Assembly (NCBI GenBank): GCA_039096225.1
Contig: JBBPEB010000004.1
Location: 1,116,001-1,180,000 of the forward strand
Length of the DNA: 64,000 bases
Source: Blastocystis sp. Blastoise
Lineage: Eukaryota; Protista; Bigyra: Opalinata
Reading direction: 5' to 3'
Part shown: piece by piece, positions 1-17,731 of the stretch
Layout of the letters: each line of letters starts with the position of its first letter
How positions within the stretch are numbered: position 1 is the stretch's first letter
Notes under the pieces: model-generated
Told to the model about the DNA's origin: nothing
The model's database searches: none
Seen by the model: the letters and a program-made list of their open reading frames with translations, nothing else
Made by a program: the position numbers and the translations under genes

Positions 1-74
1 AGTTTAACTCATTTTAAAAATCTTTTTTCTTTTTTTAAATAATTATATATATATATATCTACATATATATATAG

Positions 75-1429
75 ATTGCTTTAGAGTGTGCTCATATATT
101 AGACGAGACCGAGATCTGGAATACACTTGCTACTGAAGCTCTTCGTCAGGGAAACCATCAAATTGTGGAAATGGCATATCAAAAAACTAAAGCTTTCGAA
201 AAATTATCATTCCTTTATCTTATTACTGGTATATATATAAATTATTAAATATAAATTATTAAATATAAATTATTAAATATAAATTATTAAATATAAATTA
301 TTAAATATAAATTATTAAATATAAATTATTAAATATAAATTATAAAAAATAAATTATAAAAATACAAATTATAAACAATTATAAAATATAAATTAATCTT
401 ATATATACTATTATTCTATATAGGTAATATGGATAAATTAAGAAAGATGCTTAAGATTGCTGAAATGCGTGGAGATATTATGTCTCGTTTCCATAACTGT
501 CTCTATTTAGGAGATGTTGAAGGTCGTATTAATATATTAAAAGAAGTAGGACAATATACATTAGCTTATATTACTGCTTCTACTTATGGTATTACTGAAG
601 AAGCTGAAATGCTTAAGAATAAACTTATAGTATATATTATATATATATGTATTCTATATTCTATATTCTATATTCTATGAAATCGATGTGTTTTTTTTAT
701 TAACTTTGAATATTATTTATATTATTATATTATTATATATATATAGGAGGATGGTTTACCAGTTCCCGAGTTGAATCCTAATGCTGAATTATTGATGCCT
801 CCAGTACCTTTAACTCAAGAAGGTAATTGGCCTTTATTAGAAACCCCTAAGAGTACATTTGATAGAGTTATGGAAGAAGAAGAAAAGGGAATACCAGAAG
901 AAGATGTTGAAAATGAATTTAAAAAAGCTAAAGAAGAAGGTATTTTTTATTATTCTATTTTATTATTCTTTTTTATTATATATTTTATTATATGCTTATT
1001 TATAATAATAATAATTAACATAATAATAATAATTAACATAATAATAAATATAATCAATATAAACATAATAATAATAATATATATAACAACATATATATAT
1101 ATATATAGAAGGTACAGGTTGGTCAGATGATGATATGGGTATAGAAGATGAATTCCAAGTAGAAGGAGAGGAACAGAATGGATGGGGTGATGATTTAGAT
1201 CTCGATATGGGAGATACGGATATTCCCGTGGAAACAAAGCATGAAGATACTCAAGATTCTATTCCTAAATATGGTAATAATAGTAGTCAGAAATGGTGTC
1301 AAGATAGTAGTTTAGCTCATGATCATGCTTCTGCTGGATCTATTGATACTGTCGTTCAATTACTTAATAGACAAATTGGTGTTGTCAATTTTGAACCTTT
1401 ACAAGAATCTATTCTTGGAGCTTATACGA

Positions 1430-1467
<38 letters not shown>

Positions 1468-2692
1468 TTTTTATGTATATTTATATTTTTGATACAATTA
1501 ACTATATATATATCTATAATAAAGAATATGATTATAACAATTATTATTATATATTTCTCTCTTTATAAAGGTGTTCATGCTACTTTACCTGGATTCCCAG
1601 GATTATCTTCTCTTTCTACTCCTCTTTATCGTTTCTCCAATGATTCTACTTCTCTACCTCTTTCTGTATTCCGTGTAGAACATTTGACTCAATTAATGAA
1701 AGTAGGTCACCGTTTATTCCAAGCAGGTAAATTTGAAGAAACACTCTCTGCTTTCCGTCATCTTATTCTTGCTATACCGATGATGGTTGTAGACACAAAA
1801 GAAGAAGAAGCAGCTGTATATATTTATATAATATAAATTAGTTGTTTAGAAAACAATTAATTATTAAATATTATTTTAAATTTATATTATTCTAATTATA
1901 ATATTATTTTATTCATAATTATATATAATATAATAATTATAAGAGTATAATTCTTTTAATTCATATAATAATAGTAATTAAATATAAAAATATATATATA
2001 GTTAAAGGATATGTTAGAGAATTCTCGTGAGTATATAACTGCTGTTCTTATAGAGTTTGCTCGTCGTGAATCAAAGAGTGATGTTCCTCGTTCTTTAGCT
2101 CTTTCTTATTATATGACTCATTGTCAATTACTTCCAGCTCACCTTCTTCTTGCTCTTAATCTTGCTATGGTCGCTGCTTTTAAAGTAGAAAATTATATTG
2201 ATGCTGCTAGATTTGCTAATAGAATTCTTTCGAATCCTGAAATTAATAATCCAAAGAATGCTTCTCTTGAACAAAAGGTATTCTATTTATATATAGAACT
2301 TATTGTTAGAATTCATTATTATTTTATACTTTATATTATCCTTGTAAACTTAATATATATAGGCTCGTAAAGTTTTGATTCGTTCTGAAAAAGAGGGTCG
2401 TAATACTGTTACCGTATCTTACGAACCTGACAAGCACTTCGTCATTCATGGTTCAGATCTTATTCCTCTTTATGATTCTGAAAATATGCTGAAATGTCCT
2501 TATTGTGGTTCTTGTTATGTTGAAAAGGATAAGAATAGTTTATGTAATATTTGTACACTCTCTCAGGTATGTTTTATCTTTTATTATGGATTCAATTGAT
2601 TTATATTGTTTATTATTAATATTAATATATATATATATATATAGGTTGGAGCTGAAACACTTGGATTAGTCACTATTTCTCCTCATCATTAA
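75..2692 (+). CDS. COPA: Coatomer subunit alpha, C-terminal part (gene starts before the window; 8 exons seen)
   Basis: Spliced peptides [67 protein letters not shown]...CNIC zinc knuckle, VGAETLGL; GT-AG introns keep frame; TAA 2690-2692. Confidence 0.95.
236..345. repeat. Intronic 14-nt minisatellite (TATAAATTATTAAA)n
   Basis: About 7 tandem copies in a COPA intron. Confidence 0.85.
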
Positions 2693-2958
2693 AGAATATA
2701 TATATATATATATTATTAAGTTTAATTATTATGTATTTAGTAAATATCATATGAACATATTCTAATATGAGTTGTTTTATTTCCATAAATTCGTCAATAC
2801 TATTATATTTATATATATATTAATAATGAAACAACATTTATTTTAATATTATGTATATTAAAGAAAAATTGAAATAAAAAAGAAAGTATTAAAAAAGGAA
2901 AACAAATAATTACTTTAGAACAACTATTTATAAGATAAATATAGTTATTTATATCGTT

Positions 2959-5234
<2,276 letters not shown>

Positions 5235-5832
5235 TTCTAATATTGACTAAAGAACTTGGAAAAAAGAGAAAAGAAGTTAATGAAATGAATGAAATTTTTA
5301 TTTTTACCCTTCATTTTTGAATACAAGTGGTATTCATGTTTAAATCAATTTTTGGAGTATAAATCTAGAAATAGTCGTAAATCGAAATCCCTCAGTTATT
5401 ATCATGGAATAGCTGATTTTTTTGTATTCATGTTTATCTGAGGATTTATAGTCAAGAATTATAATTATTCCCAAATACAATTCCATTTATATTTTTTTTT
5501 GTTTTTTGGAGGTATCATCACTGTGTTTTCCGTAAAAACTTTGTTGGGATACAGAATTTTCAAAAGAGCTAGTTTCACAGAAGTTTTTTAGCTCTCAACT
5601 CAAAGAGAATAACTCTCTTAGGGTACCGAAGTCACTCAATGTATGGTTCGGTAATTCCTGTTGTAACCGATATTTAAAATCCTCTCCCGACATGGAAAGG
5701 AGTTTTTTTTCATTAACCCATGACAAGACTTATTCACGGGTTTTTGAAAATTAACTAGAAAATACACAAATAAAAATCGTAAAAATAAATGAAAAATGTT
5801 TTTTTTTATTATTTGCTTTAAAATTATTATAC

Positions 5833-7533
<1,701 letters not shown>

Positions 7534-8139
7534 AATATATATTGTATATATTTAATTAAATGTTTTATGGATTATTTATTGACAATTCTAATTTACTGTT
7601 TTTATAATTGATAAATAGTTATATTGCTTATGTAATTATTAGTGATTTTGTTTGAATTATTTGTAAATATTAAATTATTCGTCTTTTGTATGAATATAAA
7701 TATTATTATATATAAATATTAGTTATCTAGTCATTCTTTGTCTATCCTTAAATATATCAAATTTTCTTTATCTCTTTTCATATGTATTATTTTCTTTTAT
7801 ATTAGAATTGACTATTCTTAAAGAAAATCATTTTCTTGAGGGTATTAACATCTCATATAAAGAGGAATAACAATGTAATTATATAAATTTTAACTTTTAA
7901 AGAATACATATATCTCAACTATACCAAAAGTATTAGTTTATAAAATTTTAGTATATTCTTTTTCTTTTTTGAGTTTCAATGCATATATCATATTAAAACA
8001 TATAATATAATAATTTATTAAAGTTAATAAAAATGATTTATGATCAATATTAGAATTATAAACAAAACAAAAACAAATAGTTAGTAGCATAAATATAGAA
8101 TTATAAATAGAATATGCGCTAAAAAAAAACAGATATTAT

Positions 8140-9659
8140 TTAAAAGCAAACATTAGAAAAATCGATATCAATATTCATGGCACAAACGTTATGAATGATA
8201 TTCATGTGTTCGACTTTAAGAGGAGTAGAGAAACCACAGTTAGAAACAAGAGTTTCAATAACAGTAGCAGCACAAGAACGATCGTAACTGTTAACCTTCA
8301 TAGTACGAAGTTTATCAGCCTTAACATCATCTTGAGTAGCAGCACGAGCTAATCTCATTATAGTAACTTCTCTCTTAGCTTCAATAACAGCAAGTTCTTC
8401 TAATTCCTTCATAGCATCAGCAAGATGTTCCTTATCAGCACGAATAGCCTTCCAAGTAGCTATACGACGAGGTACCTCACTATATTGAACAATATTCTTT
8501 ACAGGAGATCTTATAGAAATGTGTTTTTTAATTTTTTATTTATTATATTGTTTATTTATAATAATAATAATATTATTATATATAATAATGACAAAATATA
8601 AATAAAAAAAAAAAACAAAAAAAAAAACAATAAAAATAATTACATACTTCCATTAGCTCTAGAAATAACTTTTTCACCAACAAATCTATTAATAGAATAA
8701 TTGGCAAATTGTTCAGCAGCACCAAATTCAGAGACATTTTGATCAGAACCTTCTTCAATAACAACTTTATTTGTATATTCATAAATTTCCTTAATAGTAA
8801 CATTACCACCATTAGATTGTTCGATAGCTTCCATAAAAGCATTATCATAAAGACCAGCTAAACAAGTATTTAAAGCTTTACCATTAACAACATCTTCAGG
8901 AGGACAATTAGACATCCATGCATCATGATCAGCATCAGCAGAAGATAAAACATACATATTAATATCATCAGGTAAACCACCCCACATAGAACCAGAATGA
9001 CAAGCTTCCATATAGAAAACTAATTCCTTATACATCTTATTATCATACATATATTTAATAGTCTTTAATAATTCGGAAGCATGAAGGAAATCATAACCAA
9101 CAACAACAACATCATCACCACCATGATCAATAAAATAAAGGAAAATAGTATCATTTTCAGTAGTCTTAAATACTTTAGGATTTTCAATACCAGTTTCAGC
9201 AGTAACAGTAGCAGCATCTCCCTTAAGAACAGCTAAAAGAACCTTTTTGTTAATAGCCTTACCAGTATAATCAATCTTTCCATCACATTGAGGCCAGTAA
9301 TCTTTACCTTCACCTTCTGAAGGATCAGTAAATATTTTACCAGGGAAAGGATTCGATTTATCAGTAACGTCAGTAGTATAACTCATATAAATAATGTTTT
9401 CAGCAGGAATACCTGATTTAATAAGTAAATAGATAGAATATAAAAATTATTTGATATAAATTAACTAAAATATTTATTAATCAATATATAAATAATATAT
9501 AAATAAAGTTGATCTATCTATATATACATTGTAAGCACGACAAGGATTAGAAGTGATAGAATAATTGCTCCAACCATCAGCAGTACCCATAACCATAGCA
9601 TATTTGTCAGCTAAGACAGTAGCGACTAAGAATGCAAGAAGAACTAAAATAGATTTCAT
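8140..9659 (-). CDS. Secreted legumain-like cysteine peptidase (family C13), 3 exons
   Basis: Signal peptide MKSILVLLAFLVATVLA; GIPAENIIYM, NPFPGKIF, catalytic DHGG and EACHSGS; C-terminal prodomain-like segment. Confidence 0.92.
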
Positions 9660-10065
9660 TTTAATTTCAACACAATATAATTTTTTTTATGAAATATAAA
9701 CTTGATATTCAAAACAATATGTTTCTTTTTATTGTTTCTCTAAATAAAGTTGTCATCGATGACACTCCTATTCATTTAAATGACAACGATAACATAATTG
9801 GAATCACAAATAGATTCTAACAAATAAAGAAGAAGAAATAATTTTGTCTAAATAGATAAAGAAAAACAATTGGCTAAATGGAGACTTTGTAGAAAAAATG
9901 TGTTTGTGTTTAGAATTGCGTCATTTCTTTTAGAAAAATTTATGGCAATTTTCCTTTGATTTTTCCGTAGAAATGTACAAACAAACAAATATGAATAGTT
10001 CACTGAATATTTTAAAAATTAAATCTCTGAGATAAATCATGTTTATTATAATTTTACTATAGGCG

Positions 10066-10199
10066 TAATTCACACTCAGCATAGTAGAAGGTGTTTTCTT
10101 TAGAGTATGCATAGTAGACCAGGCCAATAGGCTACCCGCCTATTGGCCAAACTATGCTGAGCATGAATTTTTTCGTCATACTATGCTGAGCATAAATTA
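10066..10199. repeat. Imperfect foldback (MITE-like) element with ACTATGCTGAG subrepeats
   Basis: Perfect 11-bp stem GGCCAATAGGC/GCCTATTGGCC (10122-10148) flanked by inverted copies of (CTCA)GCATAGT and ACTATGCTGAG. Confidence 0.6.
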
Positions 10200-10323
10200 T
10201 CCCTTTTACTATATTCTTTTTTAACTAGATTTTTGTAAAATAGAGACACAAGTTTCTCTACTAGGATTGAAAAAGATTTTTTTCAGTTTTATTTATTTTT
10301 TTTTATTTCTTTTATTATTCAGA

Positions 10324-11916
10324 ATGGTGAAAAAGAAGGTAGAATCTGATGGTAGTAAGATGGGTGATATTCATAAGAATGTGATTCCTTATGAACGCTT
10401 GATTGGTGATTTGATTGGTACTTTCACTAAGTCAATAGGTTTCTGTATTCACTCAGGTGAGTCTATAAACGAATTAGTAAAGCTGTTACTAAGAAATTGT
10501 GAAAGAATGAATGATAAAAATGGTGATGAGAAACCAATTAATATCCAAGAATCTTCATATGTTCCTGAAAGTGATTTTAATATGAATAATAATGATAATG
10601 AAATTGATTATATTCGATTTACAAATAATGGTCCAGTTTATTCTCTTCCTAAAAGAATAACAAATAGTTTAGTAGGAACTTTTTTATATGAACAATGTCA
10701 AGATGGTAAAAGAACTATTTATGGTGATATTTATTTAGATTATCGTGGTGATGAAACACTAGTTCCTTTCCTTATAGATTCATTGATGAATAAACCAATT
10801 AATGTTGATCAATTAGAATTAAAAGATCAAATAGATTTATTAAATTTATTTGAATATTGTAATTTACCTATTCCTGAAGAATTTGTAAAGTATCCCTATA
10901 GATATAGAAATAATCATCTAGTGAAACTATATAAAGAAGGTGATGATGTTATTCTTTATATAAAAGATGAGAAAGATGAAATATTAAAAGAATACTTAAA
11001 GAATAATGGATTATGGAATAAGATTGTTAATGAATATGATCATGGATATGTTGATTATGATGCAGAGAATAATGAAATGTATCTGAAGATGAATTATACA
11101 TATATTGAATATATATATGAATATATAAAGACAAATCATATTTATATTTCTGAAGAAGAAATTAAGGCTATAAATAAAGAATTATTAGAGAAAGAAATGG
11201 TTGAATTATTTGGTGATAAAGGAAGGGATGAAGCTAAAGAAGGAATGATAAGTTTTTTGTTTAAAGGAAGTACTATTATTTTAAATAGATCAATAGAGAC
11301 TCCCTTAGTGAATTGGTTAGGTAAAGAAAAGAAATGGAAATTATTATTTAGGTATATTTATATTTTGTTATATTATATATAATTATATATATAGAGCAAG
11401 TGAACATGATTATAAAGCAAGTGAATTCCATAGATTTTGTGATGATCAAGGAGAAACAGTTACTATAATCAAACATAAAGGTAATGATAATCATATTAAT
11501 ATATTTGGAGGATATACAAATCAAAATTGGGATTTTAGAAATAGTCTCTGTATGTTTTTATTTATTTTATATAATTATTCAATATCATTTATATAGATTA
11601 TAAACCTTATTCAAAAGAATTCTTATTTACTTTAAGTAATGAACATGGTATTCCTCCTACTCAATATAAGTATGCTGATGATGAGAATTGTCATGGTATA
11701 TATTGTCATCCTGATTTTGGTCCAGTATTTGGAGATGGTCAAGATATCTGTATATATCATGATCCTAAAAGTGAAATTTATTCTTCTTGTAATGCATGTT
11801 CTTATGATGAAATAAATACTCCTCAAAAATCATCATTATTTGTGAATACTAAAAGTGCTAATAAAAAGAATTTTTTTAAAGAAGAAGATTATGAAGTATG
11901 GGGAACAGATAAATAA
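10324..11916 (+). CDS. TLDc-domain protein, paralog 2 (3 exons)
   Basis: Colinear with 5833-7533 and same two intron positions; PLVNWLGKEKKWKLLFRASEH, IFGGYT, EDYEVWG. Confidence 0.9.
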
Positions 11917-12760
11917 TATGAATAGTTTTTTTGTTTATTTTATATATATATATATATTTTCTTTTCATTAGTTTTTTTCAATATATATATATATTTTACT
12001 GTTTTTTTTTTATATTATTTAATATATATTATTTAGTGTTTTCATGAATTTGTTGATATTATTAATAATATATTTAGTTAAAAATTTTAATAATACATAT
12101 TCAAAAGAAAAAATTATAAACATGAATCTACAAGAAATCTTATATAACAATAATCAAATTATAATACAGAATTAAAGAAGAATATTTTTGGAATTTAAAA
12201 AATATATAAATAGTATATATTGATTATAATTCTATACATATATATACTTGCTAATATTATAAATGAAAGATAAAATATATGTAAATCTAATAACACTTTT
12301 TTTATAATAAAAAAACAATAAATCAATTTTTATATTCATTCTTAAAAGTAATTATTTATATTTTTAATTCATATAAAGTTTTATCGATAAATATACACAT
12401 TATAATAATCATTATCTTAGAAATTAATTACATTTTGAATCAATAACATAATAATCACTCACATATTAATTATTTCTTTTTACTAATAAGTAGCTAATCA
12501 TACATATTTATTAAATATCTTCAATTACAACCTCTTCCATCAATACTCAATGTTCTATTAATGTTTAAAGAAATATAAACAATTTTGTTTCACAAAAGAA
12601 AAATTTCTTCTTATTAAAAGAAAACTGTGTAGGTAGGGTATTTTTTTCTGTGAGCAATTGCTTGAGAAATTTCTGTGGGACTTTTCGAAAATTGTTTCGA
12701 CATTTTTCTTTCATATTGTTTTTTATTGATTGTTTAATAACTAGAAGATATTGTGATATA

Positions 12761-14437
12761 ATGGGTTGTCAAGGAAGCCAGGTTTTTAGTTCTATTCCAG
12801 TAATTCATGTTTATTTTGGTACTCAAACTGGAACATCAGAAGAGTTTTCAAAAACATTTAAACAACATGCAGATGATAATGGATTCAAATGTGAAGTGAT
12901 CGACTTAGAAGATTTCGATGAAGAACAATTGAAAACTATCGAGTTTGGACTCTTTTTCATGTCTTCTTATGGTAATGGTGAGCCTACAGGTATTTCATAA
13001 AGTGATTTCTTCTTTATTTTATGTGATCTTACTATTTCAAGTGGATTGAATGTATTGTTTTTATGTTTTATTTTATTTAGATAATGCTCAGGAGTTTTTT
13101 GATTGGTTAAAGGAAAATAAAGCTGAAAAAGATATTCTCCCTAATTTGACTTATTCTGTTTTTGGTTTAGGAGATCATTATTATCCTAAATACAATATTA
13201 TAGGCAAAACAACGGATCTTATTTTAGGAAAGATTGGTGGAAAACAATTTATGCCTATTTCCCTTGGGGATGCTGCAGATGATATTGAGAGTGATTTTGA
13301 TAAATGGGAAAAACAATTCTGGCCTAAATTTATTTCTACTGTATTTATATATATATATTATATTTAATAAGTATTATATATATGTATTTATTTTATTGTC
13401 ATGTGAGTAGTTTTGTTTTTCTTATTATTGTTATTATTATTTGAGTATGTTACTTTTTATTTATATATATATTTATATCATGAATTCATAAAAATTATTT
13501 ATATTATATATAAATGTATATAGTATTCCACTGAAGTTCCAGTAGCTGCTCAAAAACCCGCCAATTTATCCCTCCATTATATATTAAAGTCAGCTGACGC
13601 ACCTATAACGGAGACCTATATAAAGAAAGTGGATTTAAATACTGTGGACAGTAAATATCAACCATTTTATACATCTCTTAATGTACCTGTATATATGTAT
13701 TATATACATTATTATTATTTGAATTATTATTATATTTATTATTATTATATAATTATTTATATGTATAATATATATATATTATATATATAACATAGTATTT
13801 ACTATCATTTATATATTATTATTATAATATATATATAGTGTTATTCTATATATTATCATTATATACATTATTCTATATACTATACATTTATTATAATTAT
13901 ATATATACTATTATATCTATAGATTACGGAGAACAAAGAGTTATGTACTGGTGAACATGCTAAGAGTATTCATCACGTGACTGTCACACTTCCTGAAGGT
14001 GCTTCGTATAATTGTGCAGGTACTGTTAGTGTATTCCCTGAGAATGAAGATTCTATTGTTGAAACACTTGCAAAGTATATATATATTTTATAATAATAAT
14101 AATAAACATAATAATTATATTATTATATAATAATAATAAACATAATAATAGTATTTTATATATATACTATTCTATATAGAAGCCAAAATTACGATCTTGA
14201 TTCTATTTTCCATTTGGTACCCATAAAAGATGACGCCACTATCTCCCACCTTTTCCCTACTCCTTGCCGCGTACGTATTTGTCTTTCCCGCTATTTAGAT
14301 ATTGCCGGTATATGTCCTCTCTCGTTTATTAAGATAATGGCACTTTTCGCTGAAAATGAACAAGAAGTATAAATATATATGTTAATTATTTACTGTAATT
14401 CTTAATATATATATATTAACTATTTACTATAATTCTT

Positions 14438-14471
<34 letters not shown>

Positions 14472-15031
14472 GCGTTCTAAATTAGAATATTTAGTATCTG
14501 ACGCAGGTAATGACGAGTATAAAACACAAATAGTAGCCAATAAGATGACAATAACGCAGATGCTTCTTCAGTATGAATCTGTTAATATTCCTTTAGAAAC
14601 ATTCGTTCAAACTTGTCCTATTATTGTTCCCCGTGAATATTCAATAAGTTCTGATCCTATTCTTGATAAGAATGAACTTCATGTATATAGATAAATATTA
14701 TTTTATTCATAATTTTTTTACTATTATATGTATAGACTATTCATTTATTTATAGTATTATATAAATATATATATATTTGTTTTTATTATTTATTTATACT
14801 CCTATTTATTTCTTTATTTGACTGTTGGTCGTTTAGTTGAACAAACAAATATATATACATATAAAGGATTATGTAGTAATTATATCTGTGATAAACAAAT
14901 TGGTAAAAAGATGCGCATTCATATTCATGAATCTAGATTCATTTACCCTGAAAATAAAGATATTCCCATGATTCTAATTTCTGTTGGTATATATAGAAAC
15001 ATAATATTAATATTATTAATATATCGTTTAA

Positions 15032-15062
<31 letters not shown>

Positions 15063-15261
15063 TATATATATATAGGTAGTGGTATAGCTCCTATTCGTTC
15101 TATTCTTCGTCATCGTTCTACACTCCCTCTTGAAAAGCAGAATATAACCGCGGTTTTCTATGGTTGTCGTAGTGTAAAAGAAGACTATATTTACCGCGAA
15201 GAATTAGAAGGATATAGTCACGAAGAAGATTTATTATCTATTGCTTTTAGTAGAGATCAAG

Positions 15262-15294
<33 letters not shown>

Positions 15295-15765
15295 ATTATT
15301 ATTGTTATGGTTTTATTAACTATTTTATTATATATATTATTCTTTTATAAAGTGTTGTATGCTATTATATATATATATAATAGGAGAAGAAGATCTATGT
15401 AAATGATAAGATTATGGAGCATGAAGAGAAAGTATATGACCTTATGATGAATAAACATGCTATTCTTTATTTATGTGGGTATATATATATATATTAGTTA
15501 AATTATCTTTTATATATATATATAGTGTATATTTTATTATATATATATTAATTAGATTATCTTTATATATATAGTGTATATTTTATTATATATATATTAA
15601 CTAGATTATCTTTTATATATATATAGTTCAAAGTCTATGGGAAATACTGTTATGAATGCCCTTAAATCGATTATTGCTAAAGGTTCAAATGTTAATGAAG
15701 AACAGGCTTCAATTCTTTTTAATAAACTTTCAGAAGATCAAAAATTATTCTTAGAATTATGGTAA
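12761..15765 (+). CDS. NADPH-dependent diflavin reductase (cytochrome P450 reductase-like), 10 exons
   Basis: FGTQTGTSE, SSYGNGEPTDNA, VFGLGD (FMN); REYSISS, GLCSNY (FAD); GSGIAPIRS, FYGCR, AFSR, YLCG, terminal W (NADPH). Confidence 0.92.
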
Positions 15766-16165
15766 ATTATACGGAGAACTATTTATCTATAAGAGATACA
15801 TTCAAATACTTTTATATTTGTACACATCAATTTAAAAAATAATATATATATATATTAATAATTTTATATGAATTGTCTGTTTTCTTTACTATTTTAATAA
15901 TCTTTATTTATATACTATACTCTTGTTAGTAAACTTTTTTAATATAATATAAACTAAATATGATAGAAAAATACTTTTTTTTGTCACTCCCATAAACAAC
16001 ATTTTTATTTATGAAAAATAAGAAAAACATAATTTATTCCACCTAATTCTAATATATTATTTATTTTATTATGACGAGATGAATAATAACAATTTCAAAC
16101 TAAAGAATAACTATATGCTATTATTCTTTATATGTATATAAACAAAAATAGATTCTTTTATAATA

Positions 16166-16989
16166 TTAAAGTGTAGTAGTAATTTTCGATACAGGAATAG
16201 GTCCTTTATAGGGTGGAATAATAGTCTCTTTATTTATATCTCTTTTAAAGGCTTTTCGCATATCTATATATATATATAAATATATATATATATATTTGGT
16301 GATAGTATAATAAATATAAATAAATATATAAATCACTAAGAATAATAATAAATAACTAGAATAATGAATATATAAAATATTCATAATAATTAACAGAATA
16401 AATATTGAAAACATAAATATATACCATATGCATCATTAATATTACTATAATATTTTAATATATGTCTATAAACACTATAGTCTAGTTTCTTATATAGACC
16501 AACAGCTAATTTATTGTCTGTTCGAACAAATAAATCCATAAACCAAGCATCGTCACTATAAAGAATAATAAGAAAAAAATGAATTTATGGAACAATATCA
16601 ATCTAAAAATCGAATAATTAATATATCATATACACGTTCTCAGAAATATCCTCCATAAAATCCATAAAACGTCTTGAGTAACCTAATCTACGATACTCAT
16701 TGGCAACAGTTAAAACAGAAACATGACCATGCCAATCTTTCTTTAACGGATTCTTATCACCTTCAACTTTAGCTATTCCAAATCCAGCTATATCACCATT
16801 AGGAGCATCTTCACAGAAGAATAAATCAGGCCATTTAGATTCATATTCTAAATAAAAATCTGTACTGAACTAAAGAGGGTATTATGTGAGTAACCATGTA
16901 GTTTTTAGGAATATATATACAGTAAATGTCCATCGATCTAAATTAATATTTGATATATGAAAAAAATCATCTGCTTGGAATAATCTCAT
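16166..16989 (-). CDS. NAA20: N-alpha-acetyltransferase 20 (NatB catalytic subunit), 4 coding exons
   Basis: NINLD, WPDLF, AKVEG, WHGHVSVLTVANEYRRLG, DLFVR, DAYDMRKA; start codon approximate. Confidence 0.92.
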
Positions 16990-17074
16990 TGCTTCTATAT
17001 ATTGATTTCATATAATTATATGAATAATATACATTATTTTATGAAGAAAATAAAAAAAGAATTCAATATAATTA

Positions 17075-17127
17075 TTTTCGTGAAAAACAATTCATAATTG
17101 CTGTTTCTAATCGTTTTTTTCGTGAAA
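17075..17127. promoter_or_regulatory. Compact bidirectional promoter (NAA20/SNU23) with two TTTTCGTGAAA motifs
   Basis: Identical 11-mers at 17075 and 17117 between divergent starts less than 200 nt apart. Confidence 0.4.
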
Positions 17128-17170
17128 TATTTTTTAAATCAATATATCCTTTTCTTTTCTCTTTAATAAA

Positions 17171-17582
17171 ATGTCAAACTCTGATGTATTTATATATCGA
17201 TTTAATTGATATATATGAATGCATTTAGAAATTATTAGGTGTTGAAAACTTTAAACGACAAACATGGGATATGGATTACTATGAGAAAAAGGCCAAAGAA
17301 CGTATGGCTCATGGTGATGATTCCGATGAAGAGACGTCTAGAAAGTTTCCTAGAGCCCCTCCAGGTTTGAAAGGACCTCCTGGATCAGATAGAGCTTACT
17401 TAAAGGCTAGAGATAGTAAATTTGATCTAGAAAAACAAGTTGGAAAAATTCAAGTATATAAAAAGTGTTTTTATTCAGAATTTTATATATTCATGTTTTT
17501 TTATTATGAATAAATAAATGTATTCATGTGATTATATAATGATGATAATAAATATTATAATAAATTGATAATATTGATATAA

Positions 17583-17663
<81 letters not shown>

Positions 17664-17664
17664 C

Positions 17665-17731
<67 letters not shown>

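Noticed and set aside
8510-8647. Definite GT-AA intron in legumain
   Set aside because: A canonical in-frame alternative exists (GTAATT..AAG, 8510-8643), so it is kept only as a possible case
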